This document shows positions 19,701 through 31,700 of a stretch of 44,786 bases of DNA, in pieces. Position 1 is the stretch's first letter. Each line of letters begins with the position of its first letter. Source of the stretch: Naegleria gruberi (Eukaryota); NCBI GenBank assembly GCA_000004985.1, contig GG738965.1; one strand, given 5' to 3'. The notes under the pieces were generated by a model that was not told the origin of the DNA, did not search any database, and worked only from the letters and a program-made list of their open reading frames with translations. The position numbers and the translations under genes are program-made.

Positions 19701-22700
19701 NNNNNNNNNNNNNNNNNNNNNNNNNNNNNNNNNNNNNNNNNNNNNNNNNNNNNNNNNNNNNNNNNNNNNNNNNNNNNNNNNNNNNNNNNNNNNNNNNNNN
19801 NNNNNNNNNNNNNNNNNNNNNNNNNNNNNNNNNNNNNNNNNNNNNNNNNNNNNNNNNNNNNNNNNNNNNNNNNNNNNNNNNNNNNNNNNNNNNNNNNNNN
19901 NNNNNNNNNNNNNNNNNNNNNNNNNNNNNNNNNNNNNNNNNNNNNNNNNNNNNNNNNNNNNNNNNNNNNNNNNNNNNNNNNNNNNNNNNNNNNNNNNNNN
20001 NNNNNNNNNNNNNNNNNNNNNNNNNNNNNNNNNNNNNNNNNNNNNNNNNNNNNNNNNNNNNNNNNNNNNNNNNNNNNNNNNNNNNNNNNNNNNNNNNNNN
20101 NNNNNNNNNNNNNNNNNNNNNNNNNNNNNNNNNNNNNNNNNNNNNNNNNNNNNNNNNNNNNNNNNNNNNNNNNNNNNNNNNNNNNNNNNNNNNNNNNNNN
20201 NNNNNNNNNNNNNNNNNNNNNNNNNNNNNNNNNNNNNNNNNNNNNNNNNNNNNNNNNNNNNNNNNNNNNNNNNNNNNNNNNNNNNNNNNNNNNNNNNNNN
20301 NNNNNNNNNNNNNNNNNNNNNNNNNNNNNNNNNNNNNNNNNNNNNNNNNNNNNNNNNNNNNNNNNNNNNNNNNNNNNNNNNNNNNNNNNNNNNNNNNNNN
20401 NNNNNNNNNNNNNNNNNNNNNNNNNNNNNNNNNNNNNNNNNNNNNNNNNNNNNNNNNNNNNNNNNNNNNNNNNNNNNNNNNNNNNNNNNNNNNNNNNNNN
20501 NNNNNNNNNNNNNNNNNNNNNNNNNNNNNNNNNNNNNNNNNNNNNNNNNNNNNNNNNNNNNNNNNNNNNNNNNNNNNNNNNNNNNNNNNNNNNNNNNNNN
20601 NNNNNNNNNNNNNNNNNNNNNNNNNNNNNNNNNNNNNNNNNNNNNNNNNNNNNNNNNNNNNNNNNNNNNNNNNNNNNNNNNNNNNNNNNNNNNNNNNNNN
20701 NNNNNNNNNNNNNNNNNNNNNNNNNNNNNNNNNNNNNNNNNNNNNNNNNNNNNNNNNNNNNNNNNNNNNNNNNNNNNNNNNNNNNNNNNNNNNNNNNNNN
20801 NNNNNNNNNNNNNNNNNNNNNNNNNNNNNNNNNNNNNNNNNNNNNNNNNNNNNNNNNNNNNNNNNNNNNNNNNNNNNNNNNNNNNNNNNNNNNNNNNNNN
20901 NNNNNNNNNNNNNNNNNNNNNNNNNNNNNNNNNNNNNNNNNNNNNNNNNNNNNNNNNNNNNNNNNNNNNNNNNNNNNNNNNNNNNNNNNNNNNNNNNNNN
21001 NNNNNNNNNNNNNNNNNNNNNNNNNNNNNNNNNNNNNNNNNNNNNNNNNNNNNNNNNNNNNNNNNNNNNNNNNNNNNNNNNNNNNNNNNNNNNNNNNNNN
21101 NNNNNNNNNNNNNNNNNNNNNNNNNNNNNNNNNNNNNNNNNNNNNNNNNNNNNNNNNNNNNNNNNNNNNNNNNNNNNNNNNNNNNNNNNNNNNNNNNNNN
21201 NNNNNNNNNNNNNNNNNNNNNNNNNNNNNNNNNNNNNNNNNNNNNNNNNNNNNNNNNNNNNNNNNNNNNNNNNNNNNNNNNNNNNNNNNNNNNNNNNNNN
21301 NNNNNNNNNNNNNNNNNNNNNNNNNNNNNNNNNNNNNNNNNNNNNNNNNNNNNNNNNNNNNNNNNNNNNNNNNNNNNNNNNNNNNNNNNNNNNNNNNNNN
21401 NNNNNNNNNNNNNNNNNNNNNNNNNNNNNNNNNNNNNNNNNNNNNNNNNNNNNNNNNNNNNNNNNNNNNNNNNNNNNNNNNNNNNNNNNNNNNNNNNNNN
21501 NNNNNNNNNNNNNNNNNNNNNNNNNNNNNNNNNNNNNNNNNNNNNNNNNNNNNNNNNNNNNNNNNNNNNNNNNNNNNNNNNNNNNNNNNNNNNNNNNNNN
21601 NNNNNNNNNNNNNNNNNNNNNNNNNNNNNNNNNNNNNNNNNNNNNNNNNNNNNNNNNNNNNNNNNNNNNNNNNNNNNNNNNNNNNNNNNNNNNNNNNNNN
21701 NNNNNNNNNNNNNNNNNNNNNNNNNNNNNNNNNNNNNNNNNNNNNNNNNNNNNNNNNNNNNNNNNNNNNNNNNNNNNNNNNNNNNNNNNNNNNNNNNNNN
21801 NNNNNNNNNNNNNNNNNNNNNNNNNNNNNNNNNNNNNNNNNNNNNNNNNNNNNNNNNNNNNNNNNNNNNNNNNNNNNNNNNNNNNNNNNNNNNNNNNNNN
21901 NNNNNNNNNNNNNNNNNNNNNNNNNNNNNNNNNNNNNNNNNNNNNNNNNNNNNNNNNNNNNNNNNNNNNNNNNNNNNNNNNNNNNNNNNNNNNNNNNNNN
22001 NNNNNNNNNNNNNNNNNNNNNNNNNNNNNNNNNNNNNNNNNNNNNNNNNNNNNNNNNNNNNNNNNNNNNNNNNNNNNNNNNNNNNNNNNNNNNNNNNNNN
22101 NNNNNNNNNNNNNNNNNNNNNNNNNNNNNNNNNNNNNNNNNNNNNNNNNNNNNNNNNNNNNNNNNNNNNNNNNNNNNNNNNNNNNNNNNNNNNNNNNNNN
22201 NNNNNNNNNNNNNNNNNNNNNNNNNNNNNNNNNNNNNNNNNNNNNNNNNNNNNNNNNNNNNNNNNNNNNNNNNNNNNNNNNNNNNNNNNNNNNNNNNNNN
22301 NNNNNNNNNNNNNNNNNNNNNNNNNNNNNNNNNNNNNNNNNNNNNNNNNNNNNNNNNNNNNNNNNNNNNNNNNNNNNNNNNNNNNNNNNNNNNNNNNNNN
22401 NNNNNNNNNNNNNNNNNNNNNNNNNNNNNNNNNNNNNNNNNNNNNNNNNNNNNNNNNNNNNNNNNNNNNNNNNNNNNNNNNNNNNNNNNNNNNNNNNNNN
22501 NNNNNNNNNNNNNNNNNNNNNNNNNNNNNNNNNNNNNNNNNNNNNNNNNNNNNNNNNNNNNNNNNNNNNNNNNNNNNNNNNNNNNNNNNNNNNNNNNNNN
22601 NNNNNNNNNNNNNNNNNNNNNNNNNNNNNNNNNNNNNNNNNNNNNNNNNNNNNNNNNNNNNNNNNNNNNNNNNNNNNNNNNNNNNNNNNNNNNNNNNNNN

Positions 22701-25700
22701 NNNNNNNNNNNNNNNNNNNNNNNNNNNNNNNNNNNNNNNNNNNNNNNNNNNNNNNNNNNNNNNNNNNNNNNNNNNNNNNNNNNNNNNNNNNNNNNNNNNN
22801 NNNNNNNNNNNNNNNNNNNNNNNNNNNNNNNNNNNNNNNNNNNNNNNNNNNNNNNNNNNNNNNNNNNNNNNNNNNNNNNNNNNNNNNNNNNNNNNNNNNN
22901 NNNNNNNNNNNNNNNNNNNNNNNNNNNNNNNNNNNNNNNNNNNNNNNNNNNNNNNNNNNNNNNNNNNNNNNNNNNNNNNNNNNNNNNNNNNNNNNNNNNN
23001 NNNNNNNNNNNNNNNNNNNNNNNNNNNNNNNNNNNNNNNNNNNNNNNNNNNNNNNNNNNNNNNNNNNNNNNNNNNNNNNNNNNNNNNNNNNNNNNNNNNN
23101 NNNNNNNNNNNNNNNNNNNNNNNNNNNNNNNNNNNNNNNNNNNNNNNNNNNNNNNNNNNNNNNNNNNNNNNNNNNNNNNNNNNNNNNNNNNNNNNNNNNN
23201 NNNNNNNNNNNNNNNNNNNNNNNNNNNNNNNNNNNNNNNNNNNNNNNNNNNNNNNNNNNNNNNNNNNNNNNNNNNNNNNNNNNNNNNNNNNNNNNNNNNN
23301 NNNNNNNNNNNNNNNNNNNNNNNNNNNNNNNNNNNNNNNNNNNNNNNNNNNNNNNNNNNNNNNNNNNNNNNNNNNNNNNNNNNNNNNNNNNNNNNNNNNN
23401 NNNNNNNNNNNNNNNNNNNNNNNNNNNNNNNNNNNNNNNNNNNNNNNNNNNNNNNNNNNNNNNNNNNNNNNNNNNNNNNNNNNNNNNNNNNNNNNNNNNN
23501 NNNNNNNNNNNNNNNNNNNNNNNNNNNNNNNNNNNNNNNNNNNNNNNNNNNNNNNNNNNNNNNNNNNNNNNNNNNNNNNNNNNNNNNNNNNNNNNNNNNN
23601 NNNNNNNNNNNNNNNNNNNNNNNNNNNNNNNNNNNNNNNNNNNNNNNNNNNNNNNNNNNNNNNNNNNNNNNNNNNNNNNNNNNNNNNNNNNNNNNNNNNN
23701 NNNNNNNNNNNNNNNNNNNNNNNNNNNNNNNNNNNNNNNNNNNNNNNNNNNNNNNNNNNNNNNNNNNNNNNNNNNNNNNNNNNNNNNNNNNNNNNNNNNN
23801 NNNNNNNNNNNNNNNNNNNNNNNNNNNNNNNNNNNNNNNNNNNNNNNNNNNNNNNNNNNNNNNNNNNNNNNNNNNNNNNNNNNNNNNNNNNNNNNNNNNN
23901 NNNNNNNNNNNNNNNNNNNNNNNNNNNNNNNNNNNNNNNNNNNNNNNNNNNNNNNNNNNNNNNNNNNNNNNNNNNNNNNNNNNNNNNNNNNNNNNNNNNN
24001 NNNNNNNNNNNNNNNNNNNNNNNNNNNNNNNNNNNNNNNNNNNNNNNNNNNNNNNNNNNNNNNNNNNNNNNNNNNNNNNNNNNNNNNNNNNNNNNNNNNN
24101 NNNNNNNNNNNNNNNNNNNNNNNNNNNNNNNNNNNNNNNNNNNNNNNNNNNNNNNNNNNNNNNNNNNNNNNNNNNNNNNNNNNNNNNNNNNNNNNNNNNN
24201 NNNNNNNNNNNNNNNNNNNNNNNNNNNNNNNNNNNNNNNNNNNNNNNNNNNNNNNNNNNNNNNNNNNNNNNNNNNNNNNNNNNNNNNNNNNNNNNNNNNN
24301 NNNNNNNNNNNNNNNNNNNNNNNNNNNNNNNNNNNNNNNNNNNNNNNNNNNNNNNNNNNNNNNNNNNNNNNNNNNNNNNNNNNNNNNNNNNNNNNNNNNN
24401 NNNNNNNNNNNNNNNNNNNNNNNNNNNNNNNNNNNNNNNNNNNNNNNNNNNNNNNNNNNNNNNNNNNNNNNNNNNNNNNNNNNNNNNNNNNNNNNNNNNN
24501 NNNNNNNNNNNNNNNNNNNNNNNNNNNNNNNNNNNNNNNNNNNNNNNNNNNNNNNNNNNNNNNNNNNNNNNNNNNNNNNNNNNNNNNNNNNNNNNNNNNN
24601 NNNNNNNNNNNNNNNNNNNNNNNNNNNNNNNNNNNNNNNNNNNNNNNNNNNNNNNNNNNNNNNNNNNNNNNNNNNNNNNNNNNNNNNNNNNNNNNNNNNN
24701 NNNNNNNNNNNNNNNNNNNNNNNNNNNNNNNNNNNNNNNNNNNNNNNNNNNNNNNNNNNNNNNNNNNNNNNNNNNNNNNNNNNNNNNNNNNNNNNNNNNN
24801 NNNNNNNNNNNNNNNNNNNNNNNNNNNNNNNNNNNNNNNNNNNNNNNNNNNNNNNNNNNNNNNNNNNNNNNNNNNNNNNNNNNNNNNNNNNNNNNNNNNN
24901 NNNNNNNNNNNNNNNNNNNNNNNNNNNNNNNNNNNNNNNNNNNNNNNNNNNNNNNNNNNNNNNNNNNNNNNNNNNNNNNNNNNNNNNNNNNNNNNNNNNN
25001 NNNNNNNNNNNNNNNNNNNNNNNNNNNNNNNNNNNNNNNNNNNNNNNNNNNNNNNNNNNNNNNNNNNNNNNNNNNNNNNNNNNNNNNNNNNNNNNNNNNN
25101 NNNNNNNNNNNNNNNNNNNNNNNNNNNNNNNNNNNNNNNNNNNNNNNNNNNNNNNNNNNNNNNNNNNNNNNNNNNNNNNNNNNNNNNNNNNNNNNNNNNN
25201 NNNNNNNNNNNNNNNNNNNNNNNNNNNNNNNNNNNNNNNNNNNNNNNNNNNNNNNNNNNNNNNNNNNNNNNNNNNNNNNNNNNNNNNNNNNNNNNNNNNN
25301 NNNNNNNNNNNNNNNNNNNNNNNNNNNNNNNNNNNNNNNNNNNNNNNNNNNNNNNNNNNNNNNNNNNNNNNNNNNNNNNNNNNNNNNNNNNNNNNNNNNN
25401 NNNNNNNNNNNNNNNNNNNNNNNNNNNNNNNNNNNNNNNNNNNNNNNNNNNNNNNNNNNNNNNNNNNNNNNNNNNNNNNNNNNNNNNNNNNNNNNNNNNN
25501 NNNNNNNNNNNNNNNNNNNNNNNNNNNNNNNNNNNNNNNNNNNNNNNNNNNNNNNNNNNNNNNNNNNNNNNNNNNNNNNNNNNNNNNNNNNNNNNNNNNN
25601 NNNNNNNNNNNNNNNNNNNNNNNNNNNNNNNNNNNNNNNNNNNNNNNNNNNNNNNNNNNNNNNNNNNNNNNNNNNNNNNNNNNNNNNNNNNNNNNNNNNN

Positions 25701-28700
25701 NNNNNNNNNNNNNNNNNNNNNNNNNNNNNNNNNNNNNNNNNNNNNNNNNNNNNNNNNNNNNNNNNNNNNNNNNNNNNNNNNNNNNNNNNNNNNNNNNNNN
25801 NNNNNNNNNNNNNNNNNNNNNNNNNNNNNNNNNNNNNNNNNNNNNNNNNNNNNNNNNNNNNNNNNNNNNNNNNNNNNNNNNNNNNNNNNNNNNNNNNNNN
25901 NNNNNNNNNNNNNNNNNNNNNNNNNNNNNNNNNNNNNNNNNNNNNNNNNNNNNNNNNNNNNNNNNNNNNNNNNNNNNNNNNNNNNNNNNNNNNNNNNNNN
26001 NNNNNNNNNNNNNNNNNNNNNNNNNNNNNNNNNNNNNNNNNNNNNNNNNNNNNNNNNNNNNNNNNNNNNNNNNNNNNNNNNNNNNNNNNNNNNNNNNNNN
26101 NNNNNNNNNNNNNNNNNNNNNNNNNNNNNNNNNNNNNNNNNNNNNNNNNNNNNNNNNNNNNNNNNNNNNNNNNNNNNNNNNNNNNNNNNNNNNNNNNNNN
26201 NNNNNNNNNNNNNNNNNNNNNNNNNNNNNNNNNNNNNNNNNNNNNNNNNNNNNNNNNNNNNNNNNNNNNNNNNNNNNNNNNNNNNNNNNNNNNNNNNNNN
26301 NNNNNNNNNNNNNNNNNNNNNNNNNNNNNNNNNNNNNNNNNNNNNNNNNNNNNNNNNNNNNNNNNNNNNNNNNNNNNNNNNNNNNNNNNNNNNNNNNNNN
26401 NNNNNNNNNNNNNNNNNNNNNNNNNNNNNNNNNNNNNNNNNNNNNNNNNNNNNNNNNNNNNNNNNNNNNNNNNNNNNNNNNNNNNNNNNNNNNNNNNNNN
26501 NNNNNNNNNNNNNNNNNNNNNNNNNNNNNNNNNNNNNNNNNNNNNNNNNNNNNNNNNNNNNNNNNNNNNNNNNNNNNNNNNNNNNNNNNNNNNNNNNNNN
26601 NNNNNNNNNNNNNNNNNNNNNNNNNNNNNNNNNNNNNNNNNNNNNNNNNNNNNNNNNNNNNNNNNNNNNNNNNNNNNNNNNNNNNNNNNNNNNNNNNNNN
26701 NNNNNNNNNNNNNNNNNNNNNNNNNNNNNNNNNNNNNNNNNNNNNNNNNNNNNNNNNNNNNNNNNNNNNNNNNNNNNNNNNNNNNNNNNNNNNNNNNNNN
26801 NNNNNNNNNNNNNNNNNNNNNNNNNNNNNNNNNNNNNNNNNNNNNNNNNNNNNNNNNNNNNNNNNNNNNNNNNNNNNNNNNNNNNNNNNNNNNNNNNNNN
26901 NNNNNNNNNNNNNNNNNNNNNNNNNNNNNNNNNNNNNNNNNNNNNNNNNNNNNNNNNNNNNNNNNNNNNNNNNNNNNNNNNNNNNNNNNNNNNNNNNNNN
27001 NNNNNNNNNNNNNNNNNNNNNNNNNNNNNNNNNNNNNNNNNNNNNNNNNNNNNNNNNNNNNNNNNNNNNNNNNNNNNNNNNNNNNNNNNNNNNNNNNNNN
27101 NNNNNNNNNNNNNNNNNNNNNNNNNNNNNNNNNNNNNNNNNNNNNNNNNNNNNNNNNNNNNNNNNNNNNNNNNNNNNNNNNNNNNNNNNNNNNNNNNNNN
27201 NNNNNNNNNNNNNNNNNNNNNNNNNNNNNNNNNNNNNNNNNNNNNNNNNNNNNNNNNNNNNNNNNNNNNNNNNNNNNNNNNNNNNNNNNNNNNNNNNNNN
27301 NNNNNNNNNNNNNNNNNNNNNNNNNNNNNNNNNNNNNNNNNNNNNNNNNNNNNNNNNNNNNNNNNNNNNNNNNNNNNNNNNNNNNNNNNNNNNNNNNNNN
27401 NNNNNNNNNNNNNNNNNNNNNNNNNNNNNNNNNNNNNNNNNNNNNNNNNNNNNNNNNNNNNNNNNNNNNNNNNNNNNNNNNNNNNNNNNNNNNNNNNNNN
27501 NNNNNNNNNNNNNNNNNNNNNNNNNNNNNNNNNNNNNNNNNNNNNNNNNNNNNNNNNNNNNNNNNNNNNNNNNNNNNNNNNNNNNNNNNNNNNNNNNNNN
27601 NNNNNNNNNNNNNNNNNNNNNNNNNNNNNNNNNNNNNNNNNNNNNNNNNNNNNNNNNNNNNNNNNNNNNNNNNNNNNNNNNNNNNNNNNNNNNNNNNNNN
27701 NNNNNNNNNNNNNNNNNNNNNNNNNNNNNNNNNNNNNNNNNNNNNNNNNNNNNNNNNNNNNNNNNNNNNNNNNNNNNNNNNNNNNNNNNNNNNNNNNNNN
27801 NNNNNNNNNNNNNNNNNNNNNNNNNNNNNNNNNNNNNNNNNNNNNNNNNNNNNNNNNNNNNNNNNNNNNNNNNNNNNNNNNNNNNNNNNNNNNNNNNNNN
27901 NNNNNNNNNNNNNNNNNNNNNNNNNNNNNNNNNNNNNNNNNNNNNNNNNNNNNNNNNNNNNNNNNNNNNNNNNNNNNNNNNNNNNNNNNNNNNNNNNNNN
28001 NNNNNNNNNNNNNNNNNNNNNNNNNNNNNNNNNNNNNNNNNNNNNNNNNNNNNNNNNNNNNNNNNNNNNNNNNNNNNNNNNNNNNNNNNNNNNNNNNNNN
28101 NNNNNNNNNNNNNNNNNNNNNNNNNNNNNNNNNNNNNNNNNNNNNNNNNNNNNNNNNNNNNNNNNNNNNNNNNNNNNNNNNNNNNNNNNNNNNNNNNNNN
28201 NNNNNNNNNNNNNNNNNNNNNNNNNNNNNNNNNNNNNNNNNNNNNNNNNNNNNNNNNNNNNNNNNNNNNNNNNNNNNNNNNNNNNNNNNNNNNNNNNNNN
28301 NNNNNNNNNNNNNNNNNNNNNNNNNNNNNNNNNNNNNNNNNNNNNNNNNNNNNNNNNNNNNNNNNNNNNNNNNNNNNNNNNNNNNNNNNNNNNNNNNNNN
28401 NNNNNNNNNNNNNNNNNNNNNNNNNNNNNNNNNNNNNNNNNNNNNNNNNNNNNNNNNNNNNNNNNNNNNNNNNNNNNNNNNNNNNNNNNNNNNNNNNNNN
28501 NNNNNNNNNNNNNNNNNNNNNNNNNNNNNNNNNNNNNNNNNNNNNNNNNNNNNNNNNNNNNNNNNNNNNNNNNNNNNNNNNNNNNNNNNNNNNNNNNNNN
28601 NNNNNNNNNNNNNNNNNNNNNNNNNNNNNNNNNNNNNNNNNNNNNNNNNNNNNNNNNNNNNNNNNNNNNNNNNNNNNNNNNNNNNNNNNNNNNNNNNNNN

Positions 28701-31700
28701 NNNNNNNNNNNNNNNNNNNNNNNNNNNNNNNNNNNNNNNNNNNNNNNNNNNNNNNNNNNNNNNNNNNNNNNNNNNNNNNNNNNNNNNNNNNNNNNNNNNN
28801 NNNNNNNNNNNNNNNNNNNNNNNNNNNNNNNNNNNNNNNNNNNNNNNNNNNNNNNNNNNNNNNNNNNNNNNNNNNNNNNNNNNNNNNNNNNNNNNNNNNN
28901 NNNNNNNNNNNNNNNNNNNNNNNNNNNNNNNNNNNNNNNNNNNNNNNNNNNNNNNNNNNNNNNNNNNNNNNNNNNNNNNNNNNNNNNNNNNNNNNNNNNN
29001 NNNNNNNNNNNNNNNNNNNNNNNNNNNNNNNNNNNNNNNNNNNNNNNNNNNNNNNNNNNNNNNNNNNNNNNNNNNNNNNNNNNNNNNNNNNNNNNNNNNN
29101 NNNNNNNNNNNNNNNNNNNNNNNNNNNNNNNNNNNNNNNNNNNNNNNNNNNNNNNNNNNNNNNNNNNNNNNNNNNNNNNNNNNNNNNNNNNNNNNNNNNN
29201 NNNNNNNNNNNNNNNNNNNNNNNNNNNNNNNNNNNNNNNNNNNNNNNNNNNNNNNNNNNNNNNNNNNNNNNNNNNNNNNNNNNNNNNNNNNNNNNNNNNN
29301 NNNNNNNNNNNNNNNNNNNNNNNNNNNNNNNNNNNNNNNNNNNNNNNNNNNNNNNNNNNNNNNNNNNNNNNNNNNNNNNNNNNNNNNNNNNNNNNNNNNN
29401 NNNNNNNNNNNNNNNNNNNNNNNNNNNNNNNNNNNNNNNNNNNNNNNNNNNNNNNNNNNNNNNNNNNNNNNNNNNNNNNNNNNNNNNNNNNNNNNNNNNN
29501 NNNNNNNNNNNNNNNNNNNNNNNNNNNNNNNNNNNNNNNNNNNNNNNNNNNNNNNNNNNNNNNNNNNNNNNNNNNNNNNNNNNNNNNNNNNNNNNNNNNN
29601 NNNNNNNNNNNNNNNNNNNNNNNNNNNNNNNNNNNNNNNNNNNNNNNNNNNNNNNNNNNNNNNNNNNNNNNNNNNNNNNNNNNNNNNNNNNNNNNNNNNN
29701 NNNNNNNNNNNNNNNNNNNNNNNNNNNNNNNNNNNNNNNNNNNNNNNNNNNNNNNNNNNNNNNNNNNNNNNNNNNNNNNNNNNNNNNNNNNNNNNNNNNN
29801 NNNNNNNNNNNNNNNNNNNNNNNNNNNNNNNNNNNNNNNNNNNNNNNNNNNNNNNNNNNNNNNNNNNNNNNNNNNNNNNNNNNNNNNNNNNNNNNNNNNN
29901 NNNNNNNNNNNNNNNNNNNNNNNNNNNNNNNNNNNNNNNNNNNNNNNNNNNNNNNNNNNNNNNNNNNNNNNNNNNNNNNNNNNNNNNNNNNNNNNNNNNN
30001 NNNNNNNNNNNNNNNNNNNNNNNNNNNNNNNNNNNNNNNNNNNNNNNNNNNNNNNNNNNNNNNNNNNNNNNNNNNNNNNNNNNNNNNNNNNNNNNNNNNN
30101 NNNNNNNNNNNNNNNNNNNNNNNNNNNNNNNNNNNNNNNNNNNNNNNNNNNNNNNNNNNNNNNNNNNNNNNNNNNNNNNNNNNNNNNNNNNNNNNNNNNN
30201 NNNNNNNNNNNNNNNNNNNNNNNNNNNNNNNNNNNNNNNNNNNNNNNNNNNNNNNNNNNNNNNNNNNNNNNNNNNNNNNNNNNNNNNNNNNNNNNNNNNN
30301 NNNNNNNNNNNNNNNNNNNNNNNNNNNNNNNNNNNNNNNNNNNNNNNNNNNNNNNNNNNNNNNNNNNNNNNNNNNNNNNNNNNNNNNNNNNNNNNNNNNN
30401 NNNNNNNNNNNNNNNNNNNNNNNNNNNNNNNNNNNNNNNNNNNNNNNNNNNNNNNNNNNNNNNNNNNNNNNNNNNNNNNNNNNNNNNNNNNNNNNNNNNN
30501 NNNNNNNNNNNNNNNNNNNNNNNNNNNNNNNNNNNNNNNNNNNNNNNNNNNNNNNNNNNNNNNNNNNNNNNNNNNNNNNNNNNNNNNNNNNNNNNNNNNN
30601 NNNNNNNNNNNNNNNNNNNNNNNNNNNNNNNNNNNNNNNNNNNNNNNNNNNNNNNNNNNNNNNNNNNNNNNNNNNNNNNNNNNNNNNNNNNNNNNNNNNN
30701 NNNNNNNNNNNNNNNNNNNNNNNNNNNNNNNNNNNNNNNNNNNNNNNNNNNNNNNNNNNNNNNNNNNNNNNNNNNNNNNNNNNNNNNNNNNNNNNNNNNN
30801 NNNNNNNNNNNNNNNNNNNNNNNNNNNNNNNNNNNNNNNNNNNNNNNNNNNNNNNNNNNNNNNNNNNNNNNNNNNNNNNNNNNNNNNNNNNNNNNNNNNN
30901 NNNNNNNNNNNNNNNNNNNNNNNNNNNNNNNNNNNNNNNNNNNNNNNNNNNNNNNNNNNNNNNNNNNNNNNNNNNNNNNNNNNNNNNNNNNNNNNNNNNN
31001 NNNNNNNNNNNNNNNNNNNNNNNNNNNNNNNNNNNNNNNNNNNNNNNNNNNNNNNNNNNNNNNNNNNNNNNNNNNNNNNNNNNNNNNNNNNNNNNNNNNN
31101 NNNNNNNNNNNNNNNNNNNNNNNNNNNNNNNNNNNNNNNNNNNNNNNNNNNNNNNNNNNNNNNNNNNNNNNNNNNNNNNNNNNNNNNNNNNNNNNNNNNN
31201 NNNNNNNNNNNNNNNNNNNNNNNNNNNNNNNNNNNNNNNNNNNNNNNNNNNNNNNNNNNNNNNNNNNNNNNNNNNNNNNNNNNNNNNNNNNNNNNNNNNN
31301 NNNNNNNNNNNNNNNNNNNNNNNNNNNNNNNNNNNNNNNNNNNNNNNNNNNNNNNNNNNNNNNNNNNNNNNNNNNNNNNNNNNNNNNNNNNNNNNNNNNN
31401 NNNNNNNNNNNNNNNNNNNNNNNNNNNNNNNNNNNNNNNNNNNNNNNNNNNNNNNNNNNNNNNNNNNNNNNNNNNNNNNNNNNNNNNNNNNNNNNNNNNN
31501 NNNNNNNNNNNNNNNNNNNNNNNNNNNNNNNNNNNNNNNNNNNNNNNNNNNNNNNNNNNNNNNNNNNNNNNNNNNNNNNNNNNNNNNNNNNNNNNNNNNN
31601 NNNNNNNNNNNNNNNNNNNNNNNNNNNNNNNNNNNNNNNNNNNNNNNNNNNNNNNNNNNNNNNNNNNNNNNNNNNNNNNNNNNNNNNNNNNNNNNNNNNN